53,507 bases of DNA, taken from positions 1 through 53,507 of IMG/VR virus record IMGVR_UViG_3300028045_000021. The stretch is one strand, 5' to 3'. The translations under genes were made by a program, and so were the position numbers. Below are positions 9,103 through 18,765 of the stretch, one piece after another. Source of the stretch: a virus (taxonomy: Duplodnaviria > Caudoviricetes). The notes beneath the pieces were generated by a model that was given only the letters and a program-made list of their open reading frames with translations, had not been told where the DNA came from and made no database searches. The stretch's first letter is position 1; each line of letters begins with the position of its first letter.

Positions 9103-9828
9103 ATGGCAAAAGAACTACCTTATTTCAGATTCACGCCACAAGAATGGCAGAATGGAGACATAAGCCTAGAAAGATTTGAGCTTAGAGGTATATTTATAGA
9201 TATATGCTCTTATTATTGGGTTAAAGATTGTAGCATAACTACAGCAATGCTACATAAACGCTATAGCAATGATAATAATTTAGTACAAGAGCTTGTTAAT
9301 TTAGGCATAATTCAATTTGCTGAAAATGAAGAATATGTTAAAATAAGTTTCTTAGACGAACAATTTGATATGCTTTCAGAACAGCGCAAGCGCAGACAGA
9401 AAGCGGGATCAAAGGGGGGTAAGCGAAAGTCTAGCAATGCTAAAGCCGAGCTAGAGCAAAACCCTAGCTATAAAGATAAGGATAAGGATAAAGAAAATGA
9501 TAAGGATAAAGATAAAGAAAAAATAAATGGCGAAAAACCGCCCGTGTATATATTTAGTTTTAAAAGTGAATTATTAAAATTAGGAGTTGATAAACAAGTT
9601 ATCGAAGATTGGATAAAGGTTAGGAAGCTTAAAAAAGCAAAAGATACTATAACCTCTTTTCAAAACATAGAAAATCAAATTAAAAAAAGTGGATTAAGCG
9701 CAAATGAATGTATTAAAATAGCAGTTGAGAAAGATTGGAAAGGATTTAATTCAGATTGGCTAAAAGATAATAATACAACATCTCAAAAATTTGACCCTAA
9801 AAAAGTAAATGACAAATGGAGAAAATAA
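9103..9828 (+). CDS. Replication initiator (lambda O-like organisation)
   Basis: N-terminal LPYFRF..W..G domain, AGSKGG, KDKDKD linker, C-terminal WKGF..W; directly upstream of the loader ATPase. Confidence 0.8.
   Translation: MAKELPYFRFTPQEWQNGDISLERFELRGIFIDICSYYWVKDCSITTAMLHKRYSNDNNLVQELVNLGIIQFAENEEYVKISFLDEQFDMLSEQRKRRQKAGSKGGKRKSSNAKAELEQNPSYKDKDKDKENDKDKDKEKINGEKPPVYIFSFKSELLKLGVDKQVIEDWIKVRKLKKAKDTITSFQNIENQIKKSGLSANECIKIAVEKDWKGFNSDWLKDNNTTSQKFDPKKVNDKWRK
9421..9525. promoter_or_regulatory. Candidate replication origin (iteron-like 11-bp periodic repeats plus purine-rich tract)
   Basis: NAGC at 9421, 9432, 9443, 9454 and 9465, including palindrome TAGCAATGCTA, inside the initiator gene. 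Confidence 0.55.
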
Positions 9829-10475
9829 AAAAAATACTCGATGATATAAAAATTAGTAAGGGTATTCAGCGTAAAAAAGGCGAATACTCCGAGAAAGTAG
9901 CTAAAGAAGTTTGGTTAGGTATTGCTAAAAAATACATTGGCTCAGTAAAAGTTGGTGAAGATGCTAAAAAGGTTTGGTCTGAATTAATTAAATATGCTTT
10001 TGCTCACGAAGAATGTATTTATGATTTAAACAAGGGTATAGGATTAATAGGGCAAACGGGATCAGGGAAAACTATAACCATGGACATTTTAAACGATTTC
10101 ATTTCTGTTGATGATATTATTTATATTCGTGATGGCCAATTAGCACATTTTAAGTTTAAGATTATTTCAGCAAAAGTTATTGGTGCTCGATTTAGTGAAA
10201 AAGGATTTGAAATAATTACAAAATATAGTTCCATGGGCAATTTATGTATTGATGATTTGGGATCTGAAAATCTTGTTTCAAAATACTATGGTGAAAGTGT
10301 TAATGTTATTGAAGAAATAATAGAAAATAGATATTCAAAGAATTTAATAACTCATTTCACAAGTAATTTAGATTCAAATGATATTCTGAAAACCTATGGA
10401 GATCGTGTTTATTCAAGATTGATGCACTCTTGTAATATAATAACCTTAAACGATGAAGATTACAGAATTAAATAA
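9816..10475 (+). CDS. DnaC/IstB-like AAA+ helicase loader
   Basis: Walker A GQTGSGKT, Walker B LCIDDLG, THFTSNL, YGDRVYSRL. Confidence 0.9.
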   Translation: MEKIKKILDDIKISKGIQRKKGEYSEKVAKEVWLGIAKKYIGSVKVGEDAKKVWSELIKYAFAHEECIYDLNKGIGLIGQTGSGKTITMDILNDFISVDDIIYIRDGQLAHFKFKIISAKVIGARFSEKGFEIITKYSSMGNLCIDDLGSENLVSKYYGESVNVIEEIIENRYSKNLITHFTSNLDSNDILKTYGDRVYSRLMHSCNIITLNDEDYRIK

Positions 10476-10672
10476 AAACTAGAATCACTAAAAACACACG
10501 ATGGCAAACAAGAACTTATCATCTTGGAAAGATCAAGAGAGACTACGAAAGAAAATAGGCAAACTAAAAGATGCAGCTTGGAATGAAATGAATGAAGTAA
10601 GTGGCATGAGCCCTCTTTATGAAAATAGACTAAAAGTATGGCAAACATTCGATAATCTGCATTTAGAATTAA

Positions 10673-11086
10673 GTGAAGTATAAAATAAAAACTATAATTA
10701 TGGTACTAAATTTTTTAAAAGGATTTACAGTAGATGGTAAGAGTAGAAATACTAACTTTAAGGATAAAATTAAAAAAGGTATAAAACTACATACTATAAG
10801 AAACGATTCATCTAATAGGTGGAAAGCAGGAAATAAAATACACTTTAGTAATGGCTCTCGAACTAGTAATTATAATTGTTTTAAAGAGGGTGTGTGTGTG
10901 AGTACTCAAAAAATAGAAATAATCGACAGATCAATTTATGTTGATGATCGATTAATTAATGAAACTACTATAGAATTACTTTCTGAGAATGATGGATTTG
11001 ATTGTATTGATGATTTTTGGGGTTGGTTTGATAAATATTCGCCATTTGAAGGTAAGATAATCCACTGGGGCGGCATTAGATATTAA
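10673..11086 (+). CDS. ASCH/PUA-like domain protein (likely start ATG 10700)
   Basis: IKKGIKLHTIR..RWKAG..IHF and ENDGFD..DFW.WF. Confidence 0.7.
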   Translation: MKYKIKTIIMVLNFLKGFTVDGKSRNTNFKDKIKKGIKLHTIRNDSSNRWKAGNKIHFSNGSRTSNYNCFKEGVCVSTQKIEIIDRSIYVDDRLINETTIELLSENDGFDCIDDFWGWFDKYSPFEGKIIHWGGIRY

Positions 11087-11101
11087 ATAAAAACTAGAAT
11101 T

Positions 11102-11491
11102 ATGGAAACACAAAAACACATAGACGCTTATCAAGAACTTTTTGATTACATGTATGACACTTATGGGGTTATTTTGCTAAAAAGTGAAATGGATTATTTA
11201 ATAAAAGTTTGTAATAAAACGGTTGAAAATTACAACGATGCGAGCGAGGGTGAAAAGATCAAGCCTAAAAATTTGGGTTTGCTTAGTGGTGTAAATTGGG
11301 TGGCAATTAACGAACGCTTACCCGAAGAAAGCTGGGGGGATTACATGATTTGTTTAGAAAATAATGCAGTATTTAAGGCGAACTACTCACGGATAGGAAA
11401 TGAACGATGGTTAATAGTGGGGATGGGTGATATTCAAAATACGAACCCGATTAAATATTGGGCTGAATTACCTAAACCACCTTGTTTATAA
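11102..11491 (+). CDS. DUF551-like domain protein
   Basis: C-terminal WVAINERLPE...IKYWAELPKPP. Confidence 0.75.
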   Translation: METQKHIDAYQELFDYMYDTYGVILLKSEMDYLIKVCNKTVENYNDASEGEKIKPKNLGLLSGVNWVAINERLPEESWGDYMICLENNAVFKANYSRIGNERWLIVGMGDIQNTNPIKYWAELPKPPCL

Positions 11492-11530
11492 CTAAATATT
11501 AAAAATATGAAATAAATAAAATATAGAATT

Positions 11531-12094
11531 ATGGAAAATACAAAAAAAGCGTACAAAGAAATACTGAAAGCACTAAACAAATATAAAGATGATATTGTAT
11601 TTGATGTTAGTGATTTAGAAAGCAAAGCTAAAAACCATTTATTTGGTGTTGAATTGGTTGAAAAATATGGATTTGATTTAGACCCAAAGGGAATATATAG
11701 TACCGATTATCAACAATTAATGGAAAGTATGTATATTGGATTTTGGGATGGAGAACGAAGGTCTATAAGTTGGTCGGAAGATGGAACACAGCCAAAAAAC
11801 GAAACCTTACTTTGTTTAGAATACCCTACTGGAGCTTGTATTTTTGGTGGAGACTATCCGACAGAGTTTTTTCAAAAATTCTTTTTAGAACTTATGACTT
11901 ACAACCCGAAATTTATAGATTCGCATAATAATGCTTTGTATTTTAGTTTAGAAAACGCTGGTAAAATACACAACGATTATCGGGATATTTTAAATCGTTA
12001 CTATGATGAAAATAAAGAGGATTTAAAACAACGAAAAATAAAGAAACTAAAAGACGACCTTTTAAAGCTGGAAAACCCTATTTGTGACAAATGA
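11531..12094 (+). CDS. Hypothetical protein (187 aa)
   Basis: Long ORF; no recognised motif. Confidence 0.75.
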   Translation: MENTKKAYKEILKALNKYKDDIVFDVSDLESKAKNHLFGVELVEKYGFDLDPKGIYSTDYQQLMESMYIGFWDGERRSISWSEDGTQPKNETLLCLEYPTGACIFGGDYPTEFFQKFFLELMTYNPKFIDSHNNALYFSLENAGKIHNDYRDILNRYYDENKEDLKQRKIKKLKDDLLKLENPICDK

Positions 12095-12159
12095 TTTATA
12101 TAGCATTAAGGTTGAGTGAATAGATAGATGCGAATAATTTACAACTAAATATTAAAAAT

Positions 12160-12591
12160 ATGAAATACGATAAATACTGGCATGATAAAATGCTAAGAAA
12201 AAAGAAAGAGGAGTTAGTTTATTTATTAAAAGACGCACTTAAACTTGAAGAAAAAAGAACTAATTTACAAAACCGATCTCTTCATCTTTTTTTTACAAAC
12301 ATAGCCGATCAATTAAACAACTTAGGTATTGATTGTACTATTGAAATTAATGGATTAGTATTCACATTACCATATACCGGCATTGTATTTAAAGAACAAC
12401 TCTGGAAGCCGATACAAAAAACACTTTATGGAATAGAATCTACTACAGATTTGACTACTAAGAAAATAAATGGTATATTAGAAGTTCTGGCCGCCTCATT
12501 TTCACATACTGGAATACAGGTAATATTTCCGAGCAAATGGGAATTAATACAAAGAGAATCAGAAGAAATCTGGGAAAGAAAAAGCTTATGA
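12160..12591 (+). CDS. NinB/Orf-like recombination protein
   Basis: RTNLQNRSLHLFF..IAD and STTDLT motifs. Confidence 0.6.
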   Translation: MKYDKYWHDKMLRKKKEELVYLLKDALKLEEKRTNLQNRSLHLFFTNIADQLNNLGIDCTIEINGLVFTLPYTGIVFKEQLWKPIQKTLYGIESTTDLTTKKINGILEVLAASFSHTGIQVIFPSKWELIQRESEEIWERKSL

Positions 12592-13110
12592 TAGAAATAC
12601 ACATAAGGAATAGAACGAAGAAAATAGAGCAAGCCACTATCACTATAGATAACAAAGCATTTCAGTTTATTAATGATGCTGCAAAAATGGTTGCTAAGTG
12701 GAATAGTAAAGATCAAAATAAACTAAAGCAATTTATTTGCATGTTGAATGGAGAAAAAAACACATTTAAAAATGATTAATTATTAACTTTAAATACTGGA
12801 GCGATGGAATTACAGATAAAAGCAGATTTAACGCAAACATTAGGAGTTCGACAAATGCACGAACTCATGGAAGTATACATAAAGACTGATAAAAAGTACG
12901 AATGTATATTTATAGATAAAGATCAAGCAAAACAGGTAATAGCTAAATTACAGGAGTTTGTAGGTAAAAAGGTTAAGACAAGTACTAAGAGCGTAGTTTG
13001 CCCTAAGTGTGGATGTAATAAAATAACTGGTGATGGATCAAAAAGCTGGTGTATGAATGAACAGTGCGATTTTATAGAGGCAAACTAGGAATTGCGTACA
13101 ACTTATTGAT

Positions 13111-13338
13111 ATGAATTACAAACACAATTATTACAGATACCACAACTTAGATATATGCGATGCGCTGTTATGTAAGATATGTGGAAAATTAGCAGGTAAC
13201 CTACATCACATTACCCACAAGAGCCAAAACGGAACGGATCATCCAGATAATCTTATCCCTTTATGCATGGTTTGTCTCAATGGCCACCGTAAGAATAATA
13301 ATCCAACAACTAAACAATTAAGAGAAGCTAATGAGTAA
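13111..13338 (+). CDS. HNH endonuclease (small)
   Basis: CKICG..HHI..KSQNGTD.PDNLIPLCMVC. Confidence 0.8.
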   Translation: MNYKHNYYRYHNLDICDALLCKICGKLAGNLHHITHKSQNGTDHPDNLIPLCMVCLNGHRKNNNPTTKQLREANE

Positions 13339-13374
13339 ACTTATTTATAAATTATTTACCTTTAATTCAAGAGT

Positions 13375-13809
13375 ATGAAAGCAAAACAATTTTATAGTTC
13401 AATGGCTTGGAAATATTGTAGCCGTTACATCCTGTTATATTACGCTAATGATGATCATATAGTGCAATGTGCCACATCTGGCGTTTATATGCCTATAAAT
13501 AGCTCTAAAGCGCATTGTGGACATTTCCATAAGGTTTACGATGGAAGTAAAACAAACTTTGCGGTTGCTTTTAATTTTGAAAACTTAGCACCTCAAAGCC
13601 ATCAAGAAAACATTTACGCAGGTGGTAGGCCTGATGTTATGAAGGAATGGTTAATATCAGAACATGGTCAAAAGAAAATAGACATGTTAAATATCCAAAA
13701 ACATAATATTTGCAAAATGGATAAATTTAATTTAGACCATTGGAAGAATCACTATAAAAAATTATTTGACGATTTGGTTAAAATTAAAGGTAACCCGTGG
13801 AAGAAATAG
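13375..13809 (+). CDS. ninG: NinG/Rap-like recombination endonuclease
   Basis: SRYI..., QCATSG, HCGHF, FNFENLAPQ...N. Confidence 0.7.
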   Translation: MKAKQFYSSMAWKYCSRYILLYYANDDHIVQCATSGVYMPINSSKAHCGHFHKVYDGSKTNFAVAFNFENLAPQSHQENIYAGGRPDVMKEWLISEHGQKKIDMLNIQKHNICKMDKFNLDHWKNHYKKLFDDLVKIKGNPWKK

Positions 13810-13856
13810 TAATAATTAAATAACTATATTTACTATACATTAAAAAATAACTTATA

Positions 13857-14018
13857 ATGACACAGATTATCGAACAAAGCCACGATGAAAAAGTGGAAAT
13901 GTATATGAAATTTACAAAAAAGGAATTAACACAAATGCTAATTGAAAGTAATACACAATTAGATGCAGCTATTAAAAACTGCAATAAAGAGGTAAAATGT
14001 CCGAATTGTAATTGTTAA
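13857..14018 (+). CDS. 53-aa hypothetical protein
   Basis: Manual translation MTQIIEQSHDEKVEMYMKFTKKELTQMLIESN...CPNCNC. Confidence 0.6.
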   Translation: MTQIIEQSHDEKVEMYMKFTKKELTQMLIESNTQLDAAIKNCNKEVKCPNCNC

Positions 14019-14023
14019 CTAAT

Positions 14024-14146
14024 GTTATTATAAGAATAGGCGGCTGCCCATTTGGCGAGAACAAATACTCCGCAGGTCGGAAAGCTACTAGGCATATATA
14101 AGAATAACCCTGCGAGTCGCTTATTTTTATAAATTATTGTACGATT
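14024..14146 (+). repeat. Structured repeat element; second copy 14547-14665
   Basis: Shared GTTATTATAAGAATAG left arm; 16-bp stem 14030-14045/14115-14130 with three G-U pairs. Confidence 0.6.
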
Positions 14147-15238
14147 TTAGTAGCGGTGGCAAACGAATGATGAAACGAGTACTGAATTAAATTATTAAAC
14201 TAACAAGAGATCGAAATGAAAAAACCAGAAGATTACATTGCAGGAAAAATAAAAGATTGCACTAATACCAATAGTATATTTAACACTAGAAAATACGTGG
14301 AATTTGATGATGTGATAAGAATAATTAGAGAGGTAATGATTGATTGTGAAGAAGCTAACGGAGCTAAAACGAGTAATGAGCGGGAAAGGCTAATTCACTT
14401 TTTAACAGAAATCATGAAAGATAAGGATAGTATTACAATTGAACAGCAAGTAGACACTTACCTTATTAATAATTAGCCTAGGAATTGCATACAACGGCTA
14501 TTATTTTTATAAATTGCTGTACGATTCGTGGTAATTAATTAACAACGTTATTATAAGAATAGTGCTGAGATAGCGAAGGGGACTAACCCTCGAAGGTGCA
14601 GGATAGTTAAATAAACCTAAGACCACCATTGCAGCTTAACAGCATTATTTTTAAAATACTGTAAAATATTAATTAACAACTTAGAAATTATGAATAAGAG
14701 AGCAAGAGCAAAACAACCCAAAACAACTAAGCAACAAAATAAAATATTATTTGCTGAAAAACCTATGGGTATAAAAAGTAGAACAGATGGGCACATGCAA
14801 CTACGTGAACCAAGAATGCTATTTTAAACACAAAACTAAAAAGCAAATGACAAAAGAGGGGGGGGATGCACTCACGACTACGAGCGTGTTTATACTGAAA
14901 AGGTATACGAATGTAAAAAATGCCCAAAGATAAGCCACACTGGCTTTTAAAAAGAAATCAATTAAAGAATTACAGGAAGGGTTATAAAAATCGAATGCCG
15001 CTACGAAGATTCACGAAAAACCACATACGGCATTCATCCACTGCAAATATAAATAAAATATCAACATGGACAAAATTTATAATACAGAATTAAATGTTGA
15101 TTTAAACAACTGCTATTTAGACTCATTATAAACTAACTATTAATATGAAAACAATCACTCTATTTAACATTAATATTTGTCTATGTCATTGATTATGATT
15201 ATCTTTAATTATAATTAAAAACAACAAAAACTGTCGAA

Positions 15239-15646
15239 ATGGAAAAGAAAACACTAATCGGAGGACAAGCTTTAAGAAACCTAGGAAGCGATAGATTTAC
15301 AAATGATGTTGATTATTTAGTAAATGACACTACCACCACATTACCTTTTATTACATCTGAAAAAGTAGATTATATAAATGCAAATGGAAATAAATTTTTT
15401 GCAGCTATCTATAAAATTGAAGAAGGTAACGAAATTGCAACTCCTCAAAGTTTATTAGAATTAAAAGCGTATTCATTTGTTCAGCATTGCCAAAACTTCA
15501 ACTGGGCAAAGGTTGACGCTTGTGAATATGATATTAAATTCCTAGTTCGCACATTCAAATTAAACAAAATCAAAATAGCAAATAAATTCATGTCTTCTGG
15601 TGAATTATCAGAAGTGCAAAAAGTTATAAATTCAGTAAAATTTTAA
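15239..15646 (+). CDS. Small nucleotidyltransferase-fold protein
   Basis: LIGGQAL...RFTNDVDYLV (GG-A..R-T-D-x-D), conserved LELK and later D. Confidence 0.7.
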   Translation: MEKKTLIGGQALRNLGSDRFTNDVDYLVNDTTTTLPFITSEKVDYINANGNKFFAAIYKIEEGNEIATPQSLLELKAYSFVQHCQNFNWAKVDACEYDIKFLVRTFKLNKIKIANKFMSSGELSEVQKVINSVKF

Positions 15647-15669
15647 TATAAACTAAAAACTGTCGTATT

Positions 15670-16209
15670 ATGAAAACTTCAACTAAAACAATTAAATTCT
15701 ACAAAGCGAAGTCGGTAACTGTATTTGATTCTATAGGTAAGGGAAGGAGAACGAAAACAAGCCCAGAAACTTATGAAAACGTTTATTGCACTATTACTAG
15801 TAATACTATTAATATATTTATACCATTTAAATTCCGTATGAATGTAATCACAAAGAGAACAACTTCAAAATATTTTGAATTTAACGCCAAAGAAATTAAG
15901 GTTAGTTCATTTAAAAAAGCTATCAAAAAAATAGAAAAAACAATTGAATTAAACACTAAAAAGCGCAAAACGCTAAATGTAGTTAAATCACTCGTCAATG
16001 TTGTGAAGCTTGAACAAGCTATGATTGCAGCAAATAAAGTAGCGAGAGAAAAAACAGAATTAATAAAAGGGTTAGTTTTGAATTTGAAAAACAGTGTAGA
16101 TCAATCCGAATGGCATGATAAAGCAAATCAAATAGTAGGGCACGTGGGGTATAACTTTGTTAAGATTCTAGGATTTAAAGAAACTTTAAATATAGCTAAA
16201 TCCTTGTAG
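15670..16209 (+). CDS. Basic hypothetical protein (179 aa)
   Basis: ORF co-transcribed with the nucleotidyltransferase. Confidence 0.7.
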   Translation: MKTSTKTIKFYKAKSVTVFDSIGKGRRTKTSPETYENVYCTITSNTINIFIPFKFRMNVITKRTTSKYFEFNAKEIKVSSFKKAIKKIEKTIELNTKKRKTLNVVKSLVNVVKLEQAMIAANKVAREKTELIKGLVLNLKNSVDQSEWHDKANQIVGHVGYNFVKILGFKETLNIAKSL

Positions 16210-16296
16210 TTCCTCGACAGTCTACGAGGATTATAACCCCTTCTTTAATTAGTTGGGGTTTTTTTGTATATTTGTACATGATTAAAGATTAATATA

Positions 16297-16869
16297 ATGA
16301 GTGAATTTGGATATTTATTTGAAGAAAAAGAGTTGAATTCAACCGAAAAAATAAAGGGCAGAAGTTTTGCAACAAAATTAAAACACGAACAAAAATTAGT
16401 AAATAGATTCGATTCATTAAAAGAAGTGTTACCAAAAATAGAAAAGGATAAATCAATACATTTAATAAGTTCAGACAATTTTGGAAGTATTGAATTATTA
16501 AAGCTACTATGTGAACTGAGTCCACTTGAATTAAACATTACTACATGGTCATTAAATCAAGACTTTATTGATTTTATAAAATCTATTAAATGTACCGTTA
16601 ATTTATACTTTGATAAATCGTTAAAAACAAGAAAAAATCATTTATATGCGCAATTAGCCGAATTAGCAATTGATAATAAAATAAATCTTAAAGTACACCA
16701 TATGCTACATGCTAAAATCACATGTATTAAAACTAAAGATTTTTATATATCAATAGAGGCGAGTGCTAATTATTCAAATAATCAAAGAATAGAAAATTTC
16801 ACAATTACAGAAAATAAAGAGTTGTTTATATTTCATAAAAAATGGATGGAAGAAATAATAAAAAAGTAA
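16297..16869 (+). CDS. Phospholipase-D-fold (nuclease-like) protein
   Basis: ITTWSL, HAKITCI, ASANY..N.RIE; own TATATTTG promoter box at ~16267. Confidence 0.75.
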   Translation: MSEFGYLFEEKELNSTEKIKGRSFATKLKHEQKLVNRFDSLKEVLPKIEKDKSIHLISSDNFGSIELLKLLCELSPLELNITTWSLNQDFIDFIKSIKCTVNLYFDKSLKTRKNHLYAQLAELAIDNKINLKVHHMLHAKITCIKTKDFYISIEASANYSNNQRIENFTITENKELFIFHKKWMEEIIKK

Positions 16870-16870
16870 A

Positions 16871-17323
16871 ATGAAAAAAGCATCTGGAATAGTTGTATAT
16901 GAGCGGGTTAGGGAGGTTTATAATTTCATGATAAACGCATCTAAACAAAGAAAAGATATTATTCAATTTTTTACAAAAAAATGGACTGACGAAGATGTAT
17001 TCAACACCGAAAGCGAAATAGGTAAACATAGGACTATTGATACATATATAAGAAAAGTAAAAAAATCATATTTTAATTTCGAAAATGATGTTGAAATAGA
17101 GAAGGGAAGGACGCTAGCTAGACTGGAAGATTTATATGCAAAAAGTATTAAAATACAAGATTACAAAGGGGCGTTACAGGTAGTAAAAGAGATTAAATTA
17201 ACGATAGGCATTGACGCTCCAGCAAAGTACGACCACATGTCCACAGATCGCAGTATGTCACCTAAAGAACTGACACCAGAGATAGCCAAAGTAATAGCCG
17301 ATAAAAAAGAAAAGGATATCTAA
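16871..17323 (+). CDS. terS: Terminase small subunit (putative)
   Basis: N-terminal HTH-like region, helical core and GIDAPAK..D tail; stop overlaps the TerL start. Confidence 0.7.
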   Translation: MKKASGIVVYERVREVYNFMINASKQRKDIIQFFTKKWTDEDVFNTESEIGKHRTIDTYIRKVKKSYFNFENDVEIEKGRTLARLEDLYAKSIKIQDYKGALQVVKEIKLTIGIDAPAKYDHMSTDRSMSPKELTPEIAKVIADKKEKDI

Positions 17324-18765
17324 TGAGTCTTTCAGAGCATGAAAAGTCAGTATTCCGTTATAAGTGCAAGGAGTCACTATTATGGCAGACTAGATATTTA
17401 TTTAGAGAAAGATTCGGAAGAAAATTTATAGTAAATGAACATCTCGAAATAATAGCTAATGTTTTAGAAAGAGTAATAAGGGGCGAATTAACAAGGGTAA
17501 TATTCAACATCGCTCCAAGGTACGGAAAGACGGAGTTAGCTGTAAAAAACATGGTAGCTCATTGTTTAGCCTTAAATCCTTCATCTAAATTCATACACCT
17601 TTCTTATTCGGATGATTTAGCCCTCGATAATTCAGAGGAAATAAAAGATATTGTTTTAAGTGATGAATACCAAGAGTTGTTCCCCGAAGTTCAAATAAAG
17701 AAAGATTCAAAAGCTAAGAAGAAATGGTATACTACAGAAGGTGGAGGTGTTTATGCTACTAGCGCAAGTGGTCAAGTTACTGGATTTGGAGCAGGAAGGG
17801 TTGATTTAGAAGAGGAAGCAGGATTAGACGAATTTTTAACCGATATTGAATGTAAGGAAGGTTTTGGAGGTGCAATAATAATCGATGACCCAATAAAACC
17901 AGATGATGCAGATAGTACATTAAAGAGAGATCGGATTAATCATAAATTTGATTCTACTATTTCAAACCGTGTTAACAGTCGAAAAACGCCTATCATTATC
18001 ATTATGCAAAGACTTCATCCGGAAGATTTAAGCGGTTATTTAATAGAAAACGACCCTGATACATGGACTGTAATATCATTGCCTGTAATTAAACCGGATG
18101 GATCAGCACTATGGGAATTTAAGCATAATATTAAAGAACTCATGAAAATGAGGCGTTTAAACCCTACCGTGTTTGAACGTCAATACATGCAAGATCCGCA
18201 GCCGCTAGAGGGTTTAATATGGCCTAAAGCAGAATTAAAAACATACGATGTCCTGCCGGAAAAAAGAGATTTATGTTTAATTATTTCAGACCCAGCCGAT
18301 GAGGGCATAGATCATCATTCAGCACCAGTATTGATAGTGTCAGAAGGGATAGTATATGTTGAAGATGTTATATTCACACAAGATAATTTAACATTGGTAG
18401 AGCCACAATTATTAGCATTTGATGAACGATTCAAGCCGGATATGATGTTTATTGAAAGCAATAATGCAGGGGCTTTGTTTATTAGAGACGTAAGACAGCA
18501 TACAAAAACCTCTATCTATGCAGTAAATAATACTACTAATAAAGTAGTAAGGATGTTGGCACAAGAAGGATTCGTAAAGGAAAACTTTAGATTTAAAAAA
18601 GAATACAATCCACATTCACCATACGGTAAGTTCATGAAGCAAATTCATAACATCCTTAGAAACGGACAGGAAAAGAAAGACGATGCACCGGACTCAATTG
18701 CGTGTGGTGCGTTTATTCTAAGGCGAAACTACCAGTACTTATTCGATAAGAAGGAAATAGAATGA
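17323..18765 (+). CDS. terL: Terminase large subunit
   Basis: APRYGKT Walker A, IIIDDP Walker B, IMQRLH, QYMQDP, nuclease motifs SDPA, IESN, DDAPDS. Confidence 0.95.
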   Translation: MSLSEHEKSVFRYKCKESLLWQTRYLFRERFGRKFIVNEHLEIIANVLERVIRGELTRVIFNIAPRYGKTELAVKNMVAHCLALNPSSKFIHLSYSDDLALDNSEEIKDIVLSDEYQELFPEVQIKKDSKAKKKWYTTEGGGVYATSASGQVTGFGAGRVDLEEEAGLDEFLTDIECKEGFGGAIIIDDPIKPDDADSTLKRDRINHKFDSTISNRVNSRKTPIIIIMQRLHPEDLSGYLIENDPDTWTVISLPVIKPDGSALWEFKHNIKELMKMRRLNPTVFERQYMQDPQPLEGLIWPKAELKTYDVLPEKRDLCLIISDPADEGIDHHSAPVLIVSEGIVYVEDVIFTQDNLTLVEPQLLAFDERFKPDMMFIESNNAGALFIRDVRQHTKTSIYAVNNTTNKVVRMLAQEGFVKENFRFKKEYNPHSPYGKFMKQIHNILRNGQEKKDDAPDSIACGAFILRRNYQYLFDKKEIE

